NCBI GenBank assembly: GCA_963665095.1
Contig: OY762069.1
Location: forward strand, 3,072,001 to 3,136,000
Length of the DNA: 64,000 nucleotides
Reading direction: 5' to 3'
Source: an uncultured Desulfobacter sp.
GTDB taxonomy: Bacteria; Desulfobacterota; Desulfobacteria; Desulfobacterales; Desulfobacteraceae
Shown here: positions 32,459 to 41,744 of the stretch, piece by piece
Position numbering within the stretch: the stretch's first letter is position 1
Layout: the number at the start of each line of letters is the position of its first letter
Notes under the pieces: model-generated
Database searches by the model: none
Told to the model about the DNA's origin: nothing
The model's input: the letters and a program-made list of their open reading frames with translations, nothing else
Program-made: the position numbers and the translations under genes

Positions 32459-33955
32459 TTGGAACAAGCCCCACAGAATTTCTTCCATCTTCATGTTCAT
32501 ACTGAATACTCGTTGCTGCAAAGCACCATTCGGTTAGATCTGCTTTTTGAAAAATGCAGGGACCATAAAATGCAGGCTGTGGCCATCACAGATCTTGGAA
32601 ACATGTTTGGAGCTGCAAAGTTTTATGAAAAAGCAAGAGAGGCATCCATAAAGCCCTTGATCGGCTGTGAGGTCTTTTTAGCCCCCGGCAGCATGAATGA
32701 CCGGGGACATATGAATGTCAAAGGGATAACTCATCTAGTGCTTTTGGCAAAAGATATGGATGGATATAAAAACCTTTGTAAGCTTGTTTCTTTTGCCCAT
32801 TTAAAAGGCTTCTATTATGAACCTATGATTGACAAATCGCTTCTGGCAAGCTGTTCAATGGGCCTGATCGGGCTTTCGGGCTGCCTGAAAGGGGAAATCC
32901 CCCAACACATTCTCAACAATGATATCAACGCGGCACAGGATTCAGCCATTTTTTTTCAAACTATTTTTGGAGAGAATAATTTTTTTCTGGAGATTCAGGA
33001 AACCGGATCAGGACACCGGCATGAGGTCAATGAAAAAATTATAGATATCGGCAACAGACTCTCAATACCCGTAGTGGCAACAAATAATTGTCGTTATCTG
33101 TCTAAAGACGATTACAGGACCTATGAGATTTTGCGCTGCATACAGACAGGGGATACCTGTAACAACCCGGGCAGAACAAAAATTGATTCAGGGCAATTCT
33201 ACTTTAAATCCACTCAGGAGATGGTACAGGCCTTTCGTTATTGTTCCCAGGCAATAAAAAACACAGAGGAGATCGCCAAAAGATGTAATCTGGAATTTGA
33301 TACCAGATACCGTTGTGCTTCAAATTTCATCCGGCCACAGCAAAAAGCCCGGGATGAATGCCTGCGCGCGGTTGACATCGGGCGCAGGAACCAGATGTAT
33401 AAAAATATGATGCGGCACTTGGGCCCGGAATATGTCAGCCAGGTTATTGCTTTTGATCAATTGGATGCAAAGGCTGTGATAAGAAAGATTGCCAAGGTAC
33501 TCGAGGTGCCGGAATCTGAACTGGATGAAACAATGACCATGCTTCCTGACGCTATGCTGCTATCAAGGATAGTCCATACCATACCCGAAATCCGGGAAAA
33601 AATTTCAAATCGAAATCCAACCTTGCTCGACATGGCATTGTCATTGGAAGGACTGCTCAAAAAAATTGCCACCCATCCCACTGTTGTCGCAATGGCTGAT
33701 AAACCGCTATATCATTATTTGCCCTTATGCCGGGGGAGTGATGGAGAAACAATCACCCAGTTTGATATAAACGATCTTGAAGAATCAGACGTGCACTTAC
33801 TTAATCTTCTCTGCGTAAATTTAGATGATCAATCCGTTAAAACACTTAATGAACTCTTTGCTGAAGATTTCCAAAAGACGGATCAGTGGGCCGCTGAAGA
33901 AAACAAGGATGCGAAGCGTGATTCAACAAACAAAAATATGGGAAACAATCAATGA
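32459..33955 (+). CDS. Truncated, catalytically degenerate DNA polymerase III alpha homolog (PHP + partial palm/thumb)
   Basis: HLHVHTEYSLL, IKPLIGCE and HLVLLA identify a DnaE PHP domain. It is 498 aa with no GRGS or PDxDxD motif. TTG start after AAGGAGG. Confidence 0.85.
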   Translation: MEQAPQNFFHLHVHTEYSLLQSTIRLDLLFEKCRDHKMQAVAITDLGNMFGAAKFYEKAREASIKPLIGCEVFLAPGSMNDRGHMNVKGITHLVLLAKDMDGYKNLCKLVSFAHLKGFYYEPMIDKSLLASCSMGLIGLSGCLKGEIPQHILNNDINAAQDSAIFFQTIFGENNFFLEIQETGSGHRHEVNEKIIDIGNRLSIPVVATNNCRYLSKDDYRTYEILRCIQTGDTCNNPGRTKIDSGQFYFKSTQEMVQAFRYCSQAIKNTEEIAKRCNLEFDTRYRCASNFIRPQQKARDECLRAVDIGRRNQMYKNMMRHLGPEYVSQVIAFDQLDAKAVIRKIAKVLEVPESELDETMTMLPDAMLLSRIVHTIPEIREKISNRNPTLLDMALSLEGLLKKIATHPTVVAMADKPLYHYLPLCRGSDGETITQFDINDLEESDVHLLNLLCVNLDDQSVKTLNELFAEDFQKTDQWAAEENKDAKRDSTNKNMGNNQ

Positions 33956-34557
33956 AAATATTAGTTACAGGTGACCTTCATTTTAAAAAGCAGCAGTTCC
34001 AGTGGATTGAAGCGCATCAAAACGACTATGACTGCCTGTGCCTGACCGGCGATTTTTTAGATAGTGCCCGGGATGACTTCTACGAGCAGGTAAAATGGGT
34101 TGCGTCATGGTTAAAAAATCTGAACCGGCAGATTTTTATATGTAGCGGCAATCATGACCTGGATGATTATGGCGAATGTGAATGGCTGGAAGCGCTTAAT
34201 GGCGGACATATTTGCACTGACGGTCATATCAAGGTCTTTAACGGTCTGAAGTTTGGCTGTATTCCTTATCTTGGCGCTGATTTACTGATGTTTTCCGACT
34301 GTGATATTCTACTGTCCCATGTCCCGCCATCAAATACGACAACATCCCGTGACTTAAAATCCGGCAGAGATTTTGGAGATGAACAGTTGAATCAAGCATT
34401 GAAAAGTGGATTAATTCAGCCTGGACACCTATTCAGCGGGCATGTCGAAAACCCTTTGAAAAAGCGAGATATGGTGTTAGGGTGTGTCATTATCAATCCA
34501 GGGTCAAAATGCGATAAAATAGCCCCTTTTCATGCAATTATCAGCGTTCCCGATTAA
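33952..34557 (+). CDS. Calcineurin-like metallophosphoesterase
   Basis: GDLH, TGD, GNHD, SHVPP and GHVE motifs; ATGA overlap with the upstream gene. Confidence 0.85.
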   Translation: MKILVTGDLHFKKQQFQWIEAHQNDYDCLCLTGDFLDSARDDFYEQVKWVASWLKNLNRQIFICSGNHDLDDYGECEWLEALNGGHICTDGHIKVFNGLKFGCIPYLGADLLMFSDCDILLSHVPPSNTTTSRDLKSGRDFGDEQLNQALKSGLIQPGHLFSGHVENPLKKRDMVLGCVIINPGSKCDKIAPFHAIISVPD

Positions 34558-34629
34558 GTCTGATTCTAACGTTGATATAAACGAAGTTTAGAACAACCCG
34601 CAAGAAGACAACAAAAAGGAGCGGCAAAT

Positions 34630-35610
34630 ATGCCAAACAAGAAAATAACACGTGGAATTTCCAAAGATTTCGCAGACGCATTTAAAGCATCTGAGCTTTA
34701 TACCCTTTATGAAGAACATAAAAATGAATTGCTTATCGGCATACGCAATAATTATTTAAATTTATATTATAACTGTGACAGTATTGCAAAAATTACATAC
34801 CCAAGGGGCACTATTCGTTGTGAAATAGACAAATACTATTTAACTGGCAAGTCCTATAAGAGTGGTGACAAAGAGAAACGATTTAAAGTCGAGCCAAGTC
34901 AAATTTGTGGTGACTATGAGAAGAAAATAAAAATCAACAGTGATAAAAAAGGAAAAATGGAAAAACAAGCCCAATCAAAGTTAGTTCTTTCCAATAATGC
35001 CAATAACACGTCTAACTGGTTTTGTATTGATATTGAATATGTAAAAGCCTTCCATAATGAAGAAGAAAAAAAAGAGGCCGGTTTCCAAGCTCGATTTGAT
35101 ATTATTGCAGTTTCAAAAAAAGCGCCGCATAGAATCGCCTTGATCGAACTTAAATATGGCCGGAACGCAATCGGTGGTAAAAGCGGAATTTACAAGCACG
35201 TTGAAGATTTTGTTAAATTTCGCGACAAAGATTTTTTTGAAGAGCATTTAAAAAGTGAAATTATCAAAATTATTCACAGCCAGAAAAATCTCAATATCCC
35301 CATCCCATTTGAGTTGCCCAAAGAAGAAAACTTCTTTCAACCCGAATTTTATTTTATAACTTTAAACAACAATGCAGAAGGAAGGACCTGCACACCAAAG
35401 CAGACAATGGCGGGCTACCTTTTCGAAAATAAACGCTGGGACTGCAAAAGATTATCAGGGGCATACTGCGTTGAAAAAGACTTTGGAGATATCACAAAAA
35501 AAGATAATAAATTTAATGCTACATTTTTATTTTCAAAGGCAACAATAAAAAATATGACAATAGACGATATCATTGATGGTGACTATGACGAAAGAATTGT
35601 TCCTGAATGA
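34630..35610 (+). CDS. Hypothetical protein, putative PD-(D/E)XK nuclease
   Basis: IDIEY...RFDIIAV...LIELKYG pattern; AGGAG RBS. Confidence 0.6.
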   Translation: MPNKKITRGISKDFADAFKASELYTLYEEHKNELLIGIRNNYLNLYYNCDSIAKITYPRGTIRCEIDKYYLTGKSYKSGDKEKRFKVEPSQICGDYEKKIKINSDKKGKMEKQAQSKLVLSNNANNTSNWFCIDIEYVKAFHNEEEKKEAGFQARFDIIAVSKKAPHRIALIELKYGRNAIGGKSGIYKHVEDFVKFRDKDFFEEHLKSEIIKIIHSQKNLNIPIPFELPKEENFFQPEFYFITLNNNAEGRTCTPKQTMAGYLFENKRWDCKRLSGAYCVEKDFGDITKKDNKFNATFLFSKATIKNMTIDDIIDGDYDERIVPE

Positions 35611-36908
35611 TAATTACAATCCATAGAGGTGCCCAAACCATTGGCGGCAGTTGTGTGGAAATCCAGTCAAAAGGCAGCAGGATTTTATTAGATGTTGGCA
35701 CCCCTTTAATGCAGCCTGGCGGAGGCGAACTCAACCCCACAGATCTGGAAAACCCCTCAATTGAAAATGGTATTTTACCCGACATAAAGGGGATATATAA
35801 AGACGCCTCCCCTGATGTTGAAGCCATATTAATATCCCATTCACATATGGATCATTGCGGCTTGCTGGACCACCTGCATCCTGACATCCCGGTGTATTTA
35901 AGTCAGGGTTCCCATGCAATGATCCAGATCGGCAACGTATTTTATCCCCCAAAAAACAGAATTCACTTTGATAATTTCAAAATAGTTGAACACTGGAAAC
36001 CCTTCCAGGTTGGCCCGTTTAAAATCACATCATACCTGATGGACCACTCGGGATTTGATGCCTGCGCATTTTTAATTGAAGCGGAAGGTAAGAAAATTTT
36101 TTATTCAGGTGATTTCAGGGGACATGGCCGTAAGTCAATCCTTCTGGATAAAATTGTTGCCAACCCCATAACGGATATTGACTGCCTTTTAATGGAAGGC
36201 ACAACCCTTGGCGGCAACCACCAGGTTGGATTTAACACGGAGGATGAGGTTGAACAGGCATTCAGTGACGCTTTCTGCGAACAAAAAGATGTCTGTTTTG
36301 TAGCTGCATCCGGCAGTAATATTGACAGACTCGTATCTTTATATAACGCGGCACGTAAAAATAAAAAAATTCTGGTACTGGACCTTTATGCCTTTTATGT
36401 ACTTTATCGTTTAAAGGAATTAGGGGCTAAATTGCCCCCGTTTGACGGGGATAATATCAGAATTTTCTATATTAGAGGCCATGCCCAAAGTATCGCTGAA
36501 CGACTTGATAAAACGCTTCTATACAAATTTAAACACAGAAAAATAGAGATCGATGAGATTTTGAAGCATCGTATTCAGATGGTTTTGAAGCTGCCCATAG
36601 GTGCCATGACAAAGATTTCCAATGCGCTTGTTAAAGACAAGTCCTTTCAGGATGTAAAACTGATATACTCAATGTGGCAGGGATATCTGGAAAAGGATGG
36701 CCGCTATGAAAATTTCTGTGCCCAATACAATGCCGAACTGACCCATATCCATGTAAGCGGACACGCATATCTGGATGATCTGAAGAGACTGGCACAGGCA
36801 TTGAATCCCACGCAATTGGTCCCCGTTCATACAATTTCAAAGGACATCTTTTCTTCCTGTTTTAACAATACCAGACTCTATGATGATTCCCAGCCTTTCG
36901 AAATATGA
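35607..36908 (+). CDS. MBL-fold beta-CASP (RNase J-like) hydrolase
   Basis: IGGSC, HSHMDH, DHS, SGDFR, HVSGH and PVH motifs; ATGA overlap with the upstream gene. Confidence 0.85.
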   Translation: MIITIHRGAQTIGGSCVEIQSKGSRILLDVGTPLMQPGGGELNPTDLENPSIENGILPDIKGIYKDASPDVEAILISHSHMDHCGLLDHLHPDIPVYLSQGSHAMIQIGNVFYPPKNRIHFDNFKIVEHWKPFQVGPFKITSYLMDHSGFDACAFLIEAEGKKIFYSGDFRGHGRKSILLDKIVANPITDIDCLLMEGTTLGGNHQVGFNTEDEVEQAFSDAFCEQKDVCFVAASGSNIDRLVSLYNAARKNKKILVLDLYAFYVLYRLKELGAKLPPFDGDNIRIFYIRGHAQSIAERLDKTLLYKFKHRKIEIDEILKHRIQMVLKLPIGAMTKISNALVKDKSFQDVKLIYSMWQGYLEKDGRYENFCAQYNAELTHIHVSGHAYLDDLKRLAQALNPTQLVPVHTISKDIFSSCFNNTRLYDDSQPFEI

Positions 36909-37252
36909 TTAGGTTCTACTGTGGGCTATATTTATTTAACAGGACCGACAAGATTTTGAATCAATCGATAAATTCCCCGAAAAAAAGAATTAGGTGATTG
37001 AACCCGATGTCAGCAAACACTATCACCCGTAACAATCTTTTTTTCACAATAATTTTTTCAGCTAAAAATATTTCCAAAAAACCAGACTACTCCACGACAA
37101 GGACCATTTCTCAACTGAAAACCGCCCCAGACTTTCCCTGTTATTCTATGCAGTTACAAAGTAAATATAATCTCATTCAGCCAATACAAGGATTGACAAT
37201 GATTGTATTTTGGCTATTATGATATGTAGTTTTTTTAATAAGGAGGGCAGAT

Positions 37253-37501
37253 ATGCATATTTCATTGACACCTGAGCTTGAAAGCAAAGTTAAGCAAAAA
37301 GTAGCATCAGGTTTTTACAACAATGCCAGTGAAGTTATTCGGGACGCTTTGCGGTTCTGGGAAAAAAACGAAGAATTGGTTCAGCATATGAAACTTGAGT
37401 TGTTAAAAGAACGTTTGGCGATTGGTGCGGATCAAGCTAAGCAGGGGAAATTTGTGGCGCAATCCGTAAGCGAAATTATTGCTGAGGCCAGGAATGCCTG
37501 A
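37253..37501 (+). CDS. parD: ParD-family (RHH) antitoxin
   Basis: MHISLTPELE...SGFYNNASEVIRDALR. Confidence 0.88.
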   Translation: MHISLTPELESKVKQKVASGFYNNASEVIRDALRFWEKNEELVQHMKLELLKERLAIGADQAKQGKFVAQSVSEIIAEARNA

Positions 37502-37787
37502 ATACCGACTTACGCCTTCAGCAAAATCAGATTTAATTGAAATTTGGCATTATACTGTTGAGACATGGGGGGAGCAACAAGCTGAAAGATATCTTCAAGA
37601 CATTGAGGATACGCTTAATGAACTTGCTGCCAATCCGGGACTTGGAAGACGGCGACCGGAAATTTCCCCAGGTTATTATTCCTTTCCAGCACGGAAACAC
37701 ATCATCTTCTATATTAACTCAGATCGTCACATTGATATTATTGGCATTTTACATGGAAAAATGGATATCGATAAAAATCTAATGTAA
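37494..37787 (+). CDS. parE: ParE-family toxin
   Basis: YRLTPSAKSDLIEIW.YT.ETWG.QQA.RY; overlaps parD. Confidence 0.88.
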   Translation: MPEYRLTPSAKSDLIEIWHYTVETWGEQQAERYLQDIEDTLNELAANPGLGRRRPEISPGYYSFPARKHIIFYINSDRHIDIIGILHGKMDIDKNLM

Positions 37788-37897
37788 GGGGGAAGACTAC
37801 CTGCCGGCGAGGCACCATTTATCGGTGGAACAACACGCCGGACTATCCCTGTCATTGAACACTTCTTTGAAATGGACATGGGGCAACAAGGAATCGA

Positions 37898-38929
37898 TCA
37901 GATACGCTCGGAATCTTTATGGCATACGATTTTATATTTTTTTCTGAATTTTAACACATTGGGGTCAAAATTTATCATAATATCATTATATTGAGTATCC
38001 AAAAATATTTTCGCCTTTTGTCTTTCACCATCAATTCTTTTAATAAATCCGGAATGATTTTCTTGCTCAACATCCTGACAATCCCGCATAAAAGTTTTGA
38101 GATGGATCTTTTTCAAAACCTCTTTATCGGTGAACACAAAATGCAGGCAAGGGTCGTCAAACATAATAAATTGAGATTCGGAAGGTTTGCTCTCATCAAA
38201 AATCAAAACCTGTTGCAACGATTCTTTATCAAATTCTTTTTCCAGCCGTTCCCAGGCATTTTTAAGATAATCCCAGAAACGATATTCGAGTTCCTTAAGC
38301 TGGGGTTCAAACCCTCCGGCATCAGGTTTATAATCCCACAAAAAGCCTTCTTTGTCAGGGACTCCGTGGTTTTTCCCCTGAACATATTCATGGGGTATGA
38401 GTTCTTCAATATAGTCCTGGCCGTATTCATCAAGTCTGGAATAAATATATCCGGAGGCCATGGTCAAGGTCGCATAATAAAACTGCTTTTTGATCATCAA
38501 ACGAGCCCAGGTTAAATAAAGAGACCCTCTGTAAGATTTTTTTTGGTAATCTTTAAAATCCTTTTCTTTGGCTTCCTGCTGGAACTGATGATCCTGGAAA
38601 TCATAATCATAAAGCGTTTCAAAAGAAAGGAGGGTTTTGGATTCCGGAAAGAACTCATTCAGCCAGAAATAATTTTCACCTATACCCTGAAGGGGGAGTA
38701 GCGTGGCATTTAATTTTGTTGACTGGGCATTCGTCAGATCGTCTTTTGCCTCATCCATCTGGTCTTTATCGGTTACAATGATATCGAAAAGTGCCTTGAG
38801 CAGAAACTGTTCGACCTTTAAGTAGTCTTGTTCAGGCATATTAACCCGGTATTGTTCCTGGCGGTCCTGATTCCAGCTAAAATAATCGGGGAGATGTTTT
38901 ATGATGGCCTGCTTTAGTTCCGGGAGCAT
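37898..38929 (-). CDS. Hypothetical protein (343 aa)
   Basis: Long ORF with no recognisable motif. Confidence 0.6.
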   Translation of the reverse strand: MLPELKQAIIKHLPDYFSWNQDRQEQYRVNMPEQDYLKVEQFLLKALFDIIVTDKDQMDEAKDDLTNAQSTKLNATLLPLQGIGENYFWLNEFFPESKTLLSFETLYDYDFQDHQFQQEAKEKDFKDYQKKSYRGSLYLTWARLMIKKQFYYATLTMASGYIYSRLDEYGQDYIEELIPHEYVQGKNHGVPDKEGFLWDYKPDAGGFEPQLKELEYRFWDYLKNAWERLEKEFDKESLQQVLIFDESKPSESQFIMFDDPCLHFVFTDKEVLKKIHLKTFMRDCQDVEQENHSGFIKRIDGERQKAKIFLDTQYNDIMINFDPNVLKFRKKYKIVCHKDSERI

Positions 38930-38973
38930 GTGTTATATTCTTATTTTAATCTTTTGTTGAAAACCAGGAACGG

Positions 38974-39315
38974 TCATGCGGCTTCCAGCACAAAATTCAC
39001 ATGGATAGCGTCAAAAGGAAATTCTATTTGACCGCTTTGCGTTTTTATCAAAATCCCGGCTTTTAAAAGCGCATGGACGTCACCATGGACGGCTTTAACA
39101 TCCCGGCCCAATCGTCTGGCGACCTCACGGATAGACAAAGATCCGGCCCCGGTCATTTTCTGAATAAGTTCCCACCGCTTGCCGGAAATAATTTTAAAAA
39201 GCAGAGCAGGGGTCTCAAAACTGATAAAAGCGCCTTGAGCCTCGCCGTCAAAAGCTGCCAGAAACCGATTCTCAATCTCTTTTCGTGATGATATTCCCAA
39301 TGTTACGGTTTTCAT
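38974..39315 (-). CDS. HTH antitoxin / DNA-binding protein (TumA-like, HVO_A0114-like)
   Basis: SIREVARRLGRDVKAVHGDV HTH; immediately downstream of the DUF6516-like gene. Confidence 0.7.
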   Translation of the reverse strand: MKTVTLGISSRKEIENRFLAAFDGEAQGAFISFETPALLFKIISGKRWELIQKMTGAGSLSIREVARRLGRDVKAVHGDVHALLKAGILIKTQSGQIEFPFDAIHVNFVLEAA

Positions 39316-39316
39316 T

Positions 39317-39598
39317 TTATCCTTTCCAATCGTCTACATCTTTCCAAAAATCCCGAATTAAAATTTTTGGAGATTTAAATTCATACGGCATTTCTTTATC
39401 GCCAATATGCTGCTGATCCCCTTTGCCTGCTTCATTGTCGTATCGATGAACACAGATGCTCTCTACTATGAACGCCAGGCGATATTTAAAACTATGTCTG
39501 CTCCCGGGCAGTGGTGTTGGCAGACGCCATACAATCAACTCCACAAAAGATGTTTCAGAGATTATATGACGGTCTTTTAATATCAATTCTGCCTTCAT
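39317..39598 (-). CDS. DUF6516 / TumE-like toxin
   Basis: H.FKYRL...RYDNE.GKGD..H motif. Confidence 0.7.
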   Translation of the reverse strand: MKAELILKDRHIISETSFVELIVWRLPTPLPGSRHSFKYRLAFIVESICVHRYDNEAGKGDQQHIGDKEMPYEFKSPKILIRDFWKDVDDWKG

Positions 39599-39645
39599 GT
39601 TGGATATAATACCAACGCACACAGTGTGTTGTCAATAACACCAAC
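39599..39645 (-). promoter_or_regulatory. Sigma-70 promoter with twin palindromic operators
   Basis: Minus strand TTGACA-N18-TATTAT-N7-ATG; GTTGG-N8-CCAAC (39599-39616) and GTTGT-N8-CCAAC (39628-39645). Confidence 0.65.
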
Positions 39646-40081
39646 ACAATATAGCAAAATAATTATCCTTGGCTTTGAAAAATTAGTTTGTTTCTGGGCC
39701 TGGAATTTAAATATGACAGATCAAACAGGGAGCACCAGGCAAAAATCTCAACCAATTGTTTTTAAAGCTTAAAATTTTCTATAGTTTACAGAAACCGCTC
39801 TTAGCGGCTCCATTTTGGTGCCGAATTAGGCCTTTTAAGAAAACCCAAGAAACAGGCTGCAGACGAACCCCATATGTTAAATGCTATAGTGTTGACTATG
39901 TCTATTTATGTAGCGAGTTTTTTTGTTGCATGTTCTACCCCGCCCGATCCAGCCGGACCATGCGGGTAACAACAATGCCTCTCTAAAATTTAAAGCGTTG
40001 TGTGTTGCGCAATAAATCTGAATTGGGTATAGGGGTAAATATTCCATTTATTTTGAACCAATTAGATCAGGAGTCTTTTTA

Positions 40082-41704
40082 ATGTCAGATAAGCCGACAT
40101 ATGAGCAACTGGAACAGCGTGTTAAAGACCTTGAACAAAAAGAGATTAAGCACCAAGCCATTGAAAAAGAATTAAAAATCAGCAAAAAACTGTTACGGGA
40201 CGTAATGGACATTGCACCTGTTTTCATCTGTGCAAAAAATCTAAATGGGGAATTCATTCTTGCAAATAAAAGGCTCGCTGACTTCTATCAAACCACAGTT
40301 GATGAAATGATGAATGCATCTCATGCAGATCTGTGCAAAGACGAAGCAGAACTCAAAGCCATGCTGGCGGATGATCTTGAAGTGATCAACAGCGGCAGAC
40401 CCAAACATATTCCTGAAGAGACAATGGAGAACCCTGACGGGAGCATTACCGTGCTTGAAACATACAAAATACCGTTTACGGCATATGATGATCCTGCGGT
40501 GCTGATGGTTGCCTCGGATATCACCTCCCGGAAACGCGACGAAGAGGAAAGAAAAAAACTGGAGGCCCAGTTTCAACAGGGCCAGAAGCTTGAATCCATA
40601 GGGCGCCTGGCCGGAGGTGTGGCCCATGACCTGAACAACCTGTTGTCACCTGTCCTTGGATATAGTGAAATGCTGCTTCAGGATTTCAAGGGAAATGATA
40701 CCCACAAAGAGTCTGTTGAACAGATTATTGAAGCAGCCAAGCGGGCAAGAGACATTGTGCGCAGGCTGCTTGCATTCAGCCGAAAGCAGCCGCTTGAGTT
40801 TAAGCCCTTTGATCTGAACCAGGTTGTATCCAAATTTGAGAAGCTGTTAAAACGGACCATAAGAGAGGATATCTGTATCATAAACAAGCAGGGCATGCAG
40901 CTTCCCCCGGTCTGCGGAGATGTCGGCCAGCTGGAACAGGTTATACTCAACCTGGCGATAAATGCCCAGGATGCCATGGACAACACAGGCACCTTGACCA
41001 TTGAAACGGCCCTGACAGAGCTGGATCACAATACCACTTCCTGCCAGGAAAAAGTCATTCCAGGGAAATACGTCATGTTGAGCATCACAGATACAGGATC
41101 CGGCATGGATGCTGAAACAGGTAAACATCTTTTTGAGCCTTTTTTTTCAACCAAAGGGGAATATGGCACCGGCCTGGGCCTTGCAACCGTATACGGTATT
41201 ATCAAACAGCATGGCGGCAATATATCGGTGCACAGCACACCAGGCCGGGGCACCACATTTACAGTCTATCTGCCTGCTTCCAGGACGACCGACCTTCCAA
41301 TAGAAACAGACACGGCAATGCCTTCTGATCTGCATGGCACGGAAACAATCCTGATTGTGGAAGACAATCCCCAGGTCAGAGCCATTGCACATGAAATGCT
41401 TAAACATCAAGGATATACGATTCTGCTCGCAGAAAACGGCAAACAGGCACTGGATATGCTTCAAAACCATAAAGGCCGGGTTCATCTGCTTCTTACGGAT
41501 GTTATTATGCCCATGATGGATGGCAGGGCTCTTGCAAAGAAGGCCACCACGTATCACCCAAAGATAAAGGTCCTTTATATGTCAGGATACACGGATGATG
41601 TGATTACGCCACGCGGTGTGCTTGATGAAGACGTAAACTTTATCCCGAAACCCTTTACCTTTAAGGCGCTTTCACTCAAAGTGCGCAGGCTTCTGGACAG
41701 CTGA
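40082..41704 (+). CDS. PAS hybrid histidine kinase / response regulator
   Basis: AHDLNN H-box, NAQDAM, DTGSGM and GTGLGL boxes, C-terminal REC domain. Confidence 0.92.
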   Translation: MSDKPTYEQLEQRVKDLEQKEIKHQAIEKELKISKKLLRDVMDIAPVFICAKNLNGEFILANKRLADFYQTTVDEMMNASHADLCKDEAELKAMLADDLEVINSGRPKHIPEETMENPDGSITVLETYKIPFTAYDDPAVLMVASDITSRKRDEEERKKLEAQFQQGQKLESIGRLAGGVAHDLNNLLSPVLGYSEMLLQDFKGNDTHKESVEQIIEAAKRARDIVRRLLAFSRKQPLEFKPFDLNQVVSKFEKLLKRTIREDICIINKQGMQLPPVCGDVGQLEQVILNLAINAQDAMDNTGTLTIETALTELDHNTTSCQEKVIPGKYVMLSITDTGSGMDAETGKHLFEPFFSTKGEYGTGLGLATVYGIIKQHGGNISVHSTPGRGTTFTVYLPASRTTDLPIETDTAMPSDLHGTETILIVEDNPQVRAIAHEMLKHQGYTILLAENGKQALDMLQNHKGRVHLLLTDVIMPMMDGRALAKKATTYHPKIKVLYMSGYTDDVITPRGVLDEDVNFIPKPFTFKALSLKVRRLLDS

Positions 41705-41744
41705 AATATACATTTCAACAAGCAGCTGCCAAAATCCCGGAGGG

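Noticed and set aside
34564..34593. attC-like TTCTAAC...GTTTAGAA hairpin between genes
   Set aside because: It is too short for an attC, is not repeated at other gene boundaries, and there is no integron integrase in the window.
39855..39882. dif/pdif-like site (ATATGTTAAAT, 10/11 match to the XerD arm) near the island's right part
   Set aside because: The XerC arm does not match, and roughly one such 11-mer hit is expected by chance in 64 kb.
29100..39900. Prophage or ICE interpretation of the dnaB/dnaE block
   Set aside because: No integrase, structural, terminase, primase or conjugation genes and no att repeats were seen. A remote mobile origin cannot be excluded.
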